A program made the translations under genes and the position numbers. Below are positions 1 through 6,967 of a stretch of 64,000 bases of DNA, piece by piece. Within the stretch, counting starts at the first letter, position 1. The number at the start of each line of letters is the position of its first letter. The stretch comes from a virus: IMG/VR virus record IMGVR_UViG_3300045988_154841, positions 1-64,000 of that record. One strand, given 5' to 3'. The notes under the pieces were generated by a model, which was not told where the DNA came from, ran no database searches, and worked only from the letters and a program-made list of their open reading frames with translations.

Positions 1-38
1 ATATTAAGAAGATTTTGCATTATTGCATGGGTTGGGAA

Positions 39-55
39 TTGCATATATAATATAT
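39..55 (+). repeat. Partial copy of the upstream half of the conserved early-promoter block (TTGCATATATAATATAT)
   Basis: The 17 nt at 39-55 are identical to 61222-61238. Downstream, the TAATTTTG box of the 61-kb copy is replaced here by GTACATGCACGCG. Confidence 0.6.
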
Positions 56-197
56 GTACATGCACGCGTATAATATTTTATTTTTAATTTTCAAAATTAT
101 TTCTATTAAAAATTTGAAAAATAATTTTTAGAATTAAATTTTTTGATTTAAATCAATAAGAATAATTTTTTTGAAAAATATTCTTGAAAATGCTTGC

Positions 198-217
198 ACG
201 AATAAAATTTTATTCGT
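198..217. promoter_or_regulatory. Perfect 20-bp palindrome ACGAATAAAATTTTATTCGT, a candidate operator
   Basis: The sequence is exactly self-complementary when read directly. Its last base is the first base of the TAACTTTG -7 box. Confidence 0.55.
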
Positions 218-224
218 AACTTTG
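217..224 (+). promoter_or_regulatory. Bacteroidota-type -7 promoter box TAACTTTG
   Basis: It matches the TAnnTTTG consensus and lies in the AT-rich intergenic region upstream of the 339-776 ORF. This implies a leader of about 105 nt. Confidence 0.45.
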
Positions 225-338
225 CAATGTAAATAATAAACAAAGTGTTTAGAAAGTAGTTTTAAAAATCTGATTAGGGTCTACTGAATAACACAAAATA
301 TAATAAATAATAAAACCCTTTTCAGTAATTAATTAATT

Positions 339-776
339 ATGAAAAATAATAATGTAAACAACGAGAGTGCAAAAGTAGTTGAAAATGTAGAAAACAAAAA
401 AGCAGAGAAAAAAAATGCTCTCGAAAACATCTTTAAGAGTTTTAACGAAAATTCAAAGGGTCTTTTGACTACTAATTTAGGTACAAAAAAATCTTCGATA
501 TATAAAGATGAACTTTTCGAGAATATCGAAGAAAAACAAAAAAAATCTTTGAGAAAAAAATTCAGAAATATGTTATTTTCAGTTGCAAAAGCAATTGTAA
601 CAGAGAAAAAAGAAGAAAATAAAAAATCTTTGATTGATACTTTCAATGATTTTTATACTAATGTGTATAAAGTACACGATTATTCTTTAAGTTCTGTTTG
701 CAACGAAAATTTGCAACAAGAAAAGAAAGAAGTACTATTAAAAGCATTAGAAATTGTAAAGAAAGAAAATCAATAA
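339..776 (+). CDS. Hypothetical Lys/Glu/Asn-rich protein
   Basis: This is a 145-aa ORF with an ATG start, followed by a palindromic hairpin. I recognised no motif. Confidence 0.6.
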   Translation: MKNNNVNNESAKVVENVENKKAEKKNALENIFKSFNENSKGLLTTNLGTKKSSIYKDELFENIEEKQKKSLRKKFRNMLFSVAKAIVTEKKEENKKSLIDTFNDFYTNVYKVHDYSLSSVCNENLQQEKKEVLLKALEIVKKENQ

Positions 777-784
777 ACAAAAGT

Positions 785-812
785 ATAGAGAGTGTTTTTA
801 AACACTCTCTAT
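785..812. terminator. 28-nt near-perfect palindrome ATAGAGAGTGTTTTTAAACACTCTCTAT
   Basis: The 13-nt arms 785-797 and 800-812 are complementary. The T-run follows the stem only on the minus strand (ACTTTTGTTT), so the terminator direction is uncertain. Confidence 0.45.
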
Positions 813-865
813 ATAAAAAGAAAATCGAAATTAAAAATATATAACAACTTTAATATAAAAATATT

Positions 866-946
866 ATGGACTTAATTTTTCTTTATAGCATTTTATTAGC
901 TTGTGCAACTTTTAGTGTATCAAATCTTTTAAGTAAAGTATATTAG
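866..946 (+). CDS. Tiny hydrophobic peptide (26 aa) MDLIFLYSILLACATFSVSNLLSKVY
   Basis: ATG at 866 and TAG at 944-946. It is too short for the supplied ORF track. It has a single hydrophobic segment with a lipobox-like LLAC. Confidence 0.35.
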   Translation: MDLIFLYSILLACATFSVSNLLSKVY

Positions 947-947
947 T

Positions 948-1040
948 ATGCAGATAATTGTTATTTCTTTTGCTTGTATCAGTTTAATTTTTGCATGTGC
1001 TGCAATTATTCAAACAATAATAGATAAGTTCAGAAAATAA
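948..1040 (+). CDS. Tiny hydrophobic peptide (30 aa) MQIIVISFACISLIFACAAIIQTIIDKFRK
   Basis: The ATG at 948 lies 1 nt after the previous stop, and the TAA is at 1038-1040. It has one TM-like segment and a basic tail, and a strong hairpin terminator follows. Confidence 0.35.
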   Translation: MQIIVISFACISLIFACAAIIQTIIDKFRK

Positions 1041-1052
1041 AAATAAACAACT

Positions 1053-1099
1053 AAAAATAAGGGATGCAGTTTTTAAATAAAACTTTGTCCCTTATTTTT
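1053..1099. terminator. Bidirectional intrinsic terminator hairpin
   Basis: AAAAATAAGGGA (1053-1064) pairs with TCCCTTATTTTT (1088-1099), and an inner AGTTTT/AAAACT pairing extends the stem. A/T runs lie on both sides, between convergent units. Confidence 0.75.
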
Positions 1100-1160
1100 A
1101 TTTTAAAATTTTAACTTCCCGGGACACCGTGCCCCCCTCCCACAGCCCCAACTTTCCGAG

Positions 1161-1310
1161 CCTCGTATTAAGGGGAATCCCAGAAAGCCTGAATGCCTGA
1201 AATTTTGAATCCCAAATTCCTATCAAACCCCAAACACAATAAATCGGAGATCCCAAAAATTTTACCTACTAGGCCCAAAGCCCCTCGTATTAAGAAGATC
1301 CCCGATCCCA
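1161..1310. repeat. C-rich noncoding island with direct repeats
   Basis: CCTCGTATTAAG occurs at 1161-1172 and 1283-1294. ATCCCA occurs at 1177, 1209, 1250 and 1305, with ATCCCC at 1299. The flanking CCCGGGACACCGTGCCCCCCTCCCACAGCCCC is strikingly GC-rich for this genome. Confidence 0.7.
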
Positions 1311-1311
1311 A

Positions 1312-1557
1312 TTATATACTTATCACCTTATACATAGCCCAGAATATCCCAACTACTACTGAAAGCAATAAATACAGTATACCAAGGAAAGCATAGTTCT
1401 CTATCAACCTCTTAAAGGCAATGCTTGGTACAAACCTAACCTTATTTTCCCTAGACCTAATCCTATACATTCTTATCAAATATATTATAGAATACAGGGT
1501 ATATAGGATTAATAAAAGGCAATATACGATTGCCCACCAGAATAAAACATCTAACAT
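1312..1557 (-). CDS. Small membrane protein (2 predicted TM helices)
   Basis: This 81-aa ORF has hydrophobic stretches LFWWAIVYCLLLILYTLYSIIYL and FLGILYLLLSVVVGIFWAM. It is the last gene of the leftward operon. Confidence 0.6.
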   Translation of the reverse strand: MLDVLFWWAIVYCLLLILYTLYSIIYLIRMYRIRSRENKVRFVPSIAFKRLIENYAFLGILYLLLSVVVGIFWAMYKVISI

Positions 1558-1568
1558 AAGAGTAACAA

Positions 1569-1856
1569 TTAAATTATTAATAAGAATATACTAGAAACTA
1601 GCCTAATTAGGAAATACACCAGTAGAGTAATTCCCCAAGCGATGAGTAGGGTAATCACACTGCCAAAGGTTAGGCCCTTAGCCCAAGTACCAATGGATTC
1701 CCAGAATCTTCTTAGGAAAGACTTCTTAGGCTCCTGATACCTACTATCAAGTAACTCCTGAGTATGGTTAGAATCCTCTGCCATGAAATTTAATACTAGG
1801 CTCAGGAAGATAACCACTATCAGAGCCGAAATCATCTCAATAAAAATCGTTGTCAT
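1569..1856 (-). CDS. Small membrane protein
   Basis: This 95-aa ORF has an N-terminal TM (ISALIVVIFLSLVLNF) and a C-terminal hydrophobic region (VITLLIAWGITLLVYFLIRL). Confidence 0.6.
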   Translation of the reverse strand: MTTIFIEMISALIVVIFLSLVLNFMAEDSNHTQELLDSRYQEPKKSFLRRFWESIGTWAKGLTFGSVITLLIAWGITLLVYFLIRLVSSIFLLII

Positions 1857-1876
1857 ATTGTTGCTTAATTAAAGAT

Positions 1877-2998
1877 TTAACCTTCATAATCTCTTACTGC
1901 TATTGCACTGGGGAACCTGGGGATGCCATAATCACTGAGTTCCTGGTATTTCACGGTACATTGTTTTCCTATTAGGCTTTTTCTATTTACCCAGTAGGAG
2001 GTTCTTAGGGCCTTTGAGCCTTGAGGCCTAGCATTAAATTCCTTACCGTTCTTTGCTTTTAGGACGAATATGCCTGTACCTTTATCCCTGCCAGTTGCCT
2101 CTATCACGTCTATGATTGGGAATTCCTCGTCGAAGAACCTCTTAAGCTTTATCAGGTTGTTGGAACGGTATCCAATTTCATAAAGGCCTTGGAAGTTCCT
2201 TATGATTACTCCCTCATAGCCCTGCTTAACCATCTTATCGTGATATTCATATATCTCTTCTAGATTATTGGCTATGATAGTATCTAAGAACTTAATTGGG
2301 TCATTCTTACCTACCTTCTTCTTATCAGATTTTAATAGCTTGAATTGACGGTCGTAGTTTATTACTCCTTCTACCGGCTTATCATATACGATGATGTTTA
2401 TCTTATCAGTATCTTTGGATAGCCTTTTTACTGCTGAGATGATGCCTTGAAAGGTTAGGTCTCCATGATTATATAGCTCTCCATCCAAGGGAAGTATTTC
2501 TGAATGGTCCTCTAAGTACTTCTGGATGTGAGGTATGTTCAGGTCTTTACCTCTTCTAGATTTGAGATGTACACCCTCAGCATCTTTATACATGATACAC
2601 CTTACGCCGTCTAGTTTAGCTTGAACCATGCAGGGGAATGAAATGCGTTTTTCGTCCCATTTAATTGCTAGCATGGGCTCTGGGCTAGCCTTTTCTTCAA
2701 CCAATTGTTCATTATAACCTTTATCTTTAAGCCTAGCTATAATTGACTTAGCCTCCCTTATTGCTTGTTCCCAAGCCGAAGTTTGATTAGACCTTCCCAG
2801 ATTTTTACCCTCTGTATAAAGGTAGTGGTCGTAGGTGATTTTACCATTTGGCTCTATCTTTTTCTTAGTAGTCATTACTACTTTTTCTGTAGAATAGAAC
2901 CTAACGATTGTCTTGAAAGACCTTACTTGCCCAGACTTAGTCTTATTATATAATTTCTTAAAGGGCTTTCGCTTAACTGGTTTCTTATTTCTCTTCAT
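1877..2998 (-). CDS. ATP-dependent DNA ligase
   Basis: Motif I is KLDGVRC (adenylation Lys), with LDGELY, EGVIIRN and LIKLKRF matching motifs III, IV and V. I prefer the ATG at 2998 (TAAcATG just after the upstream stop) over the track start at 3025. Confidence 0.85.
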   Translation of the reverse strand: MKRNKKPVKRKPFKKLYNKTKSGQVRSFKTIVRFYSTEKVVMTTKKKIEPNGKITYDHYLYTEGKNLGRSNQTSAWEQAIREAKSIIARLKDKGYNEQLVEEKASPEPMLAIKWDEKRISFPCMVQAKLDGVRCIMYKDAEGVHLKSRRGKDLNIPHIQKYLEDHSEILPLDGELYNHGDLTFQGIISAVKRLSKDTDKINIIVYDKPVEGVINYDRQFKLLKSDKKKVGKNDPIKFLDTIIANNLEEIYEYHDKMVKQGYEGVIIRNFQGLYEIGYRSNNLIKLKRFFDEEFPIIDVIEATGRDKGTGIFVLKAKNGKEFNARPQGSKALRTSYWVNRKSLIGKQCTVKYQELSDYGIPRFPSAIAVRDYEG

Positions 2999-2999
2999 G

Positions 3000-3332
3000 T
3001 TAGTAAATCTTTTTATAGAAGCCAAGAAAATAACCTATTGAATATATCAAAGAACTTAATTTGTTCCTATTTTGAATATGTTCTATAGCGTTATCTGTGA
3101 ATTCATATAATATCTCCAGTTTATCCACTAGCCTATTGTAGTGATCTACTTCGGAAGCTTTCTTATAAGACTTATATTCTATGCTTAACATCAATAACCT
3201 TATGTCTCTTGATGTTATATGCTCAAATTCTAGATCTTTTATGCCTGAAGCCTCTTCGTCTAACCTTGCTTCAAACTTATTATCGACAAAACCCACTAAC
3301 CAAACGAGTGAGTATTTCATATCTTTATCCAT
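3000..3332 (-). CDS. Hypothetical protein
   Basis: This is a 110-aa ORF packed tightly within the operon. I recognised no motif. Confidence 0.6.
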   Translation of the reverse strand: MDKDMKYSLVWLVGFVDNKFEARLDEEASGIKDLEFEHITSRDIRLLMLSIEYKSYKKASEVDHYNRLVDKLEILYEFTDNAIEHIQNRNKLSSLIYSIGYFLGFYKKIY

Positions 3333-3343
3333 ATCATTTATAA

Positions 3344-3877
3344 TTATTCATTAAACAATTTAGCTACTATCTCTTTATTTATCCGGTAGCAAGTGAACTC
3401 TTCGTCTACCTTAGTATTTTTACGGGATATTAGGTGCAGTGTTTCATAATCGGTTAAAAACTTGGCATTCACCTTGAATTTAGGGTACCATATAGTGGGT
3501 ATTTCTATACCTGCCCATAGCTCATTTACGGTGTAAAGTTCTCCTTTTCTAGTTAAAATCTTGTGTTTAGGTTGTACTAAGCTTACTGGGTGAAATTCTA
3601 GGTTTGACTTACCGTCTGGCAATTCAAAGGGTATAAACCAATAATATCTTCTGTTTAACTTTGCCGATGGCTCATAATTAGAGCCTGTAACTATGGATAA
3701 ACCAGGTATTTTAGGCTTAATATTATTCTTAGAATCTAGTAATTTCTGCCAAAAAGCACAATCAAAACATAGTTTTTGAGATAACATTAGTTTTGGTACT
3801 TCTAAGTTAGTATCAAACTCTTGTATATTTTCTAGTTCTTTCTTGCAACATTTGCAAATATTATTCCCATACTTCAT
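3344..3877 (-). CDS. Hypothetical protein with an N-terminal Cys4 zinc-ribbon-like motif
   Basis: CKCC (residues 8-11) and CFDC about 25 residues later suggest a zinc ribbon. The ORF is 177 aa. Confidence 0.6.
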   Translation of the reverse strand: MKYGNNICKCCKKELENIQEFDTNLEVPKLMLSQKLCFDCAFWQKLLDSKNNIKPKIPGLSIVTGSNYEPSAKLNRRYYWFIPFELPDGKSNLEFHPVSLVQPKHKILTRKGELYTVNELWAGIEIPTIWYPKFKVNAKFLTDYETLHLISRKNTKVDEEFTCYRINKEIVAKLFNE

Positions 3878-4271
3878 ATTCTTCTCCTTTTAAAGTTCTG
3901 TATTTTCTAAGTCTTGGTTTTTTAGGCTCTTTATCCTCCCATCGATAATCTGTTGGAGGTTGGTAATCCGTTCTAACTTTCTTAAAAGCTTCTCCGGATA
4001 TCATCCAAGCTAAAACTAATACCCATATAATGTTGATGATTACGAAAGGTATTGGGTTTCTATTTGGGTTCCATTGGCTTTTCCAACCGGGGGATTTTTT
4101 GCCCCATTTCTTATAATTCTTGGCTAAATAATATGTAGCAAATGGTGCAATAATAAAGAAGATTACGAAAAATCCCAACTCTGCTCCTAAGAACATATCT
4201 CCAGCAACAACGTTTTCTAGGTTATCTGAGTATCCTCTGAGTTTACCTTTTCTGTCATAATGAAGTCTCAT
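3861..4271 (-). CDS. Membrane protein
   Basis: This 136-aa ORF has TM-like segments FLGAELGFFVIFFIIAPFATYYL and IPFVIINIIWVLVLAWMI. Confidence 0.6.
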   Translation of the reverse strand: MRLHYDRKGKLRGYSDNLENVVAGDMFLGAELGFFVIFFIIAPFATYYLAKNYKKWGKKSPGWKSQWNPNRNPIPFVIINIIWVLVLAWMISGEAFKKVRTDYQPPTDYRWEDKEPKKPRLRKYRTLKGEEYEVWE

Positions 4272-4272
4272 G

Positions 4273-4491
4273 TTATTTTCTGTTTTTAGTTACTAATCTA
4301 TAAAAGAATAAGGGCATTACTACCCATACTGTTAAGAAATGATATAATATTCCTAGCCATTTATTTGGGGCATCTTCTATTTTCATACCAAGCCTTTCTT
4401 GTATATAAGTGAAAAAGAGGGCAGGCAGTATACAAATGGCGTATATCATAATTATAGCCATACCTAACATATCTACTAGACTTGAAATCAT
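4273..4491 (-). CDS. Small two-TM membrane protein (holin-sized)
   Basis: This 72-aa ORF has two hydrophobic helices and a basic C-terminus (KNRK). A holin role is speculative. Confidence 0.55.
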   Translation of the reverse strand: MISSLVDMLGMAIIMIYAICILPALFFTYIQERLGMKIEDAPNKWLGILYHFLTVWVVMPLFFYRLVTKNRK

Positions 4492-4925
4492 ACTAATTTA
4501 TTCATTTTACGTTCTACTTTTTCTATAAATTCTAGAGCTTCTGGTTCAAATATAAGTTCCCGATTAGAGGTGAAGGTCACCTTTTGTTTCAGTTTATCAT
4601 ATACATTTGCAAAGCTCCTTTTGAATTGGTAGGCTTTCCAAATTCTTTCTGTATCTCCTGTACCGTATTTCCAGGATTTAGATATGGGCAAAGCTGTACT
4701 TACAGATTTTCTCTTTCTTTTCTTATTTAATTCTTTCTGTTCGATACTTTCTCGGTAGTCTGCCCGATTATAAGTACCTTCTGAAGAAGGTTTCCTGTAT
4801 AATACTACCCCATTACTTAGTTTTACGGTAGAGTTCTCTTTATTAACCTGAATTACTTCGGTTAATTCTATGGTAGTACTACCATCCCAGTATAGAACTT
4901 TGTCGCTTAAATTTAATTTTTCCAT
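4488..4925 (-). CDS. Hypothetical protein, first gene of the leftward operon
   Basis: This 145-aa ORF has its ATG 31 nt downstream of the conserved TAATTTTG promoter block. Confidence 0.65.
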   Translation of the reverse strand: MEKLNLSDKVLYWDGSTTIELTEVIQVNKENSTVKLSNGVVLYRKPSSEGTYNRADYRESIEQKELNKKRKRKSVSTALPISKSWKYGTGDTERIWKAYQFKRSFANVYDKLKQKVTFTSNRELIFEPEALEFIEKVERKMNKLV

Positions 4926-4939
4926 AATTATCTTTATTG

Positions 4940-4969
4940 TTAAATTTGTTATAGTGCAAAATTAATAAT
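4940..4969 (-). promoter_or_regulatory. Conserved early-promoter block, copy 1 (-7 box TAATTTTG at 4964-4957)
   Basis: The minus strand reads TTATTAATTTTGCACTATAACAAATTTAA. It is nearly identical to the blocks at 40005-40035 (minus) and 61241-61273 (plus). Confidence 0.7.
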
Positions 4970-5126
4970 TTATTTTTAATAAAGAAACTATTTTAAGTAC
5001 TTTCTTTAAAACTTCTGAGGTTGTGGGTAGTTACATACCTCAGTATACATTATTCAATAGTTTAATGGGTAGCATCATTAGTAAGGCCTTTGAGCAATAC
5101 TTATCAGCTTATATAATATAATTATA

Positions 5127-5134
5127 TAACTTTG
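5127..5134 (+). promoter_or_regulatory. -7 box TAACTTTG only 6 nt upstream of the endolysin ATG
   Basis: It matches TAnnTTTG. The spacing implies a leaderless or nearly leaderless mRNA. Confidence 0.4.
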
Positions 5135-5140
5135 TAAGAT

Positions 5141-5683
5141 ATGGAAGTAACAGTAAAACAATTGATTTCATGTGGAGTATCTTCATCAAAAGCTGTGATA
5201 TATGCTCCAATTATCAGCCAATATTCAGGAGATTTTGGTATTAATACTCCTATGAGAATGGCTCATTTTTTAGCTCAGGTATTACATGAGAGTGGATGTT
5301 TTGTGTATGTTAAGGAATTGGCTAGTGGAGCAGCTTATGATACTGGTAAGAAAGCTCAGGCTCTTGGTAATACACCTAAGGCAGATGGTGATGGTCAAAA
5401 GTACAAAGGTAGAGGATTAATACAGGTGACTGGTACTAATAACTATCGAGCTTGTGGTAAATTCTTTGGCCAGGATTTCTTGACACACCCAGAATTATTA
5501 GAGAAACCAGAATGGGCTTTTAGGTCTGCGGGATGGTTTTGGAAAACTGCTAAATGTAATGAATTAGCTGATAAGGACGAATTTACTCAAATAACTCGTA
5601 AAATCAACGGAGGTACCAACGGTCTTAATAGTAGGTTAGCTTTTCTAGCTAAAACTAAAAAAGCTTTTGGTGTAATAAAGTAA
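5141..5683 (+). CDS. Endolysin, glycoside hydrolase family 19 (chitinase-like) type
   Basis: AHFLAQVLHESG and YKGRGLIQVTGTNNY match the GH19 / phage lysozyme signature (HES...GRG-x-IQ-x-T-x-x-x-NY). Confidence 0.8.
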   Translation: MEVTVKQLISCGVSSSKAVIYAPIISQYSGDFGINTPMRMAHFLAQVLHESGCFVYVKELASGAAYDTGKKAQALGNTPKADGDGQKYKGRGLIQVTGTNNYRACGKFFGQDFLTHPELLEKPEWAFRSAGWFWKTAKCNELADKDEFTQITRKINGGTNGLNSRLAFLAKTKKAFGVIK

Positions 5684-5686
5684 TAT

Positions 5687-6784
5687 ATGGGATCTCTAAA
5701 TGTATTAGGTGTTTCAGCAGGGCAGGGAGCCCTGCTGTTCCCATTTATGAAGGAACCTGGTTTTAATGTTTTAGCTAATGTAGAACCGAGAGCTGTATTT
5801 CATACTCCAAAAGACGAACAATGGAAGCTAAATTTCAAAAACATACCCTTTTACAGGGATTTCTCGGAATTGGATAGTCTGACTTCAACGGTAGATATAA
5901 TAGTATCATCTCCAGATTGTGGAGCTTCTTCAATTATGAGATTATCTAAGGTGAAAGAATTAGGCAACCCTGAGAAGAATAAATCTCTAAACCTAACCTT
6001 GCAGGCCATACAAAAGTATCAGCCAAAGGTATTTTTATTAGAGAATTTACCTAGGTTGGTTAACCTACTGCCTGAAGAGTATCTTAGTGAGGCTTTATCA
6101 ACTTACCGATTAGTATATCACCAAAGGTCCGTATCAGATTATGGCAACTCTCAAGTATCTAGGAAAAGGTTAGTTATAATAGGCATTAAAAGAGGCTGTA
6201 AGAAATATTATAATTTGTTCGATGAAGTATTTAAAGTAAATACTCCAAAACTCACTAGAAACATTCTAGAAGTTGCCCAGTATAAAGGTAATATTGATAA
6301 TCATATGATACCGTTAGATAAAAAATTAGCGATGTATGATTATCGTAAATTGCCTGATACAACTACTTTAACGGTAAAGCAAATACACAAGCTATGGAAG
6401 AAAGACTTCAAGTTAGAAAAGAAATGGCCGATTAAGACTGCTAAGATGAGTACTTTACCTGGAGTATATAGGTTAGAGAATGACAAAGCTCCACTTACTT
6501 TAAGACCTGCTGATAGACAGTTTAGACCCGACGGTTGGCCACTTGGTATATTAGATTTCAAAAACATCATGGGATTCCCAAAGGAATTTAAGATTTACAT
6601 TGAACAAGGGGATAGGTATTTATATTGCCTTAATAAGGCAAGGTATACCTTAGCCAAGGGGTCAGTTTTTGAAATTGGGATTTGGTTTTTGGCATGCCTT
6701 AAAGGCCTTAAATTAAATCCTAAAAAGGTTAAAAAGAAACCAAAAGAGGTTAAAGGAATACCAAAAAAAGGTACACTTTTTTAA
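5687..6784 (+). CDS. DNA (cytosine-5)-methyltransferase-like protein
   Basis: Motif I-like GVSAGQG, motif IV-like SSPDCGASS, motif VI FLLENLPRL (ENV-type) and motif VIII QVSRKRLVIIG (QxRxR) are present. The tail is Lys-rich. Confidence 0.6.
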   Translation: MGSLNVLGVSAGQGALLFPFMKEPGFNVLANVEPRAVFHTPKDEQWKLNFKNIPFYRDFSELDSLTSTVDIIVSSPDCGASSIMRLSKVKELGNPEKNKSLNLTLQAIQKYQPKVFLLENLPRLVNLLPEEYLSEALSTYRLVYHQRSVSDYGNSQVSRKRLVIIGIKRGCKKYYNLFDEVFKVNTPKLTRNILEVAQYKGNIDNHMIPLDKKLAMYDYRKLPDTTTLTVKQIHKLWKKDFKLEKKWPIKTAKMSTLPGVYRLENDKAPLTLRPADRQFRPDGWPLGILDFKNIMGFPKEFKIYIEQGDRYLYCLNKARYTLAKGSVFEIGIWFLACLKGLKLNPKKVKKKPKEVKGIPKKGTLF

Positions 6785-6811
6785 GAACATTATCCCTCGT
6801 ATATGCGCGCG

Positions 6812-6847
6812 GTAGTTAATATACCCTAAAGAGTATATATTAACTAC
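6812..6847. other. Stable hairpin in the structured intergenic region
   Basis: GTAGTTAATA (6812-6821) pairs perfectly with TATTAACTAC (6838-6847). An alternative CCCTAAA (6824-6830) / TTTAGGG (6856-6862) pairing exists. GCGCGC lies at 6805-6810. Confidence 0.6.
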
Positions 6848-6919
6848 TATACGCATTTAGGGAGGTAATATTAATCATCATATAGAGAACAAGGAAAAAA
6901 TTATTCAAAACAATTAAGG

Positions 6920-6967
6920 CCTTAGCTCGGTAAACCTCGCTAAGGAAAATCCCGAGTCCGGGATTTT
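6920..6967 (+). terminator. Two tandem hairpins (terminator-like)
   Basis: CCTTAGC (6920-6926) pairs with GCTAAGG (6939-6945). It is followed immediately by AAAATCCCG (6946-6954) pairing with CGGGATTTT (6959-6967) around a tetraloop. Confidence 0.5.

Noticed and set aside
329-646. 105-aa minus-strand ORF overlapping the 339-776 gene
   Set aside because: It is antisense to a Lys/Glu/Asn-rich ORF and Phe/Ser/Leu-rich, as expected from an AAA/GAA mirror. No promoter or context supports it.
1161-1310. Possibility that the short direct repeats form a CRISPR array or a tRNA / attP site
   Set aside because: The repeats are only 6-12 nt, irregularly spaced and not palindromic, so this is not a CRISPR array. 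I could find no cloverleaf or T-loop (GTTCRA) for a tRNA. No integrase, excisionase or repressor is visible in the window to support attP.
1193-1396. 67-aa plus-strand Pro-rich ORF across the C-rich island
   Set aside because: Its composition is driven by the C-rich strand. It runs into the well-supported minus-strand 1312-1557 gene and lies downstream of a strong terminator with no promoter.
5023-5051. 7-bp hairpin CTGAGGT / ACCTCAG in the divergent promoter region
   Set aside because: The stem is short and the loop is 15 nt, with no conservation in the analogous 40025-40169 region. This is too weak to call.
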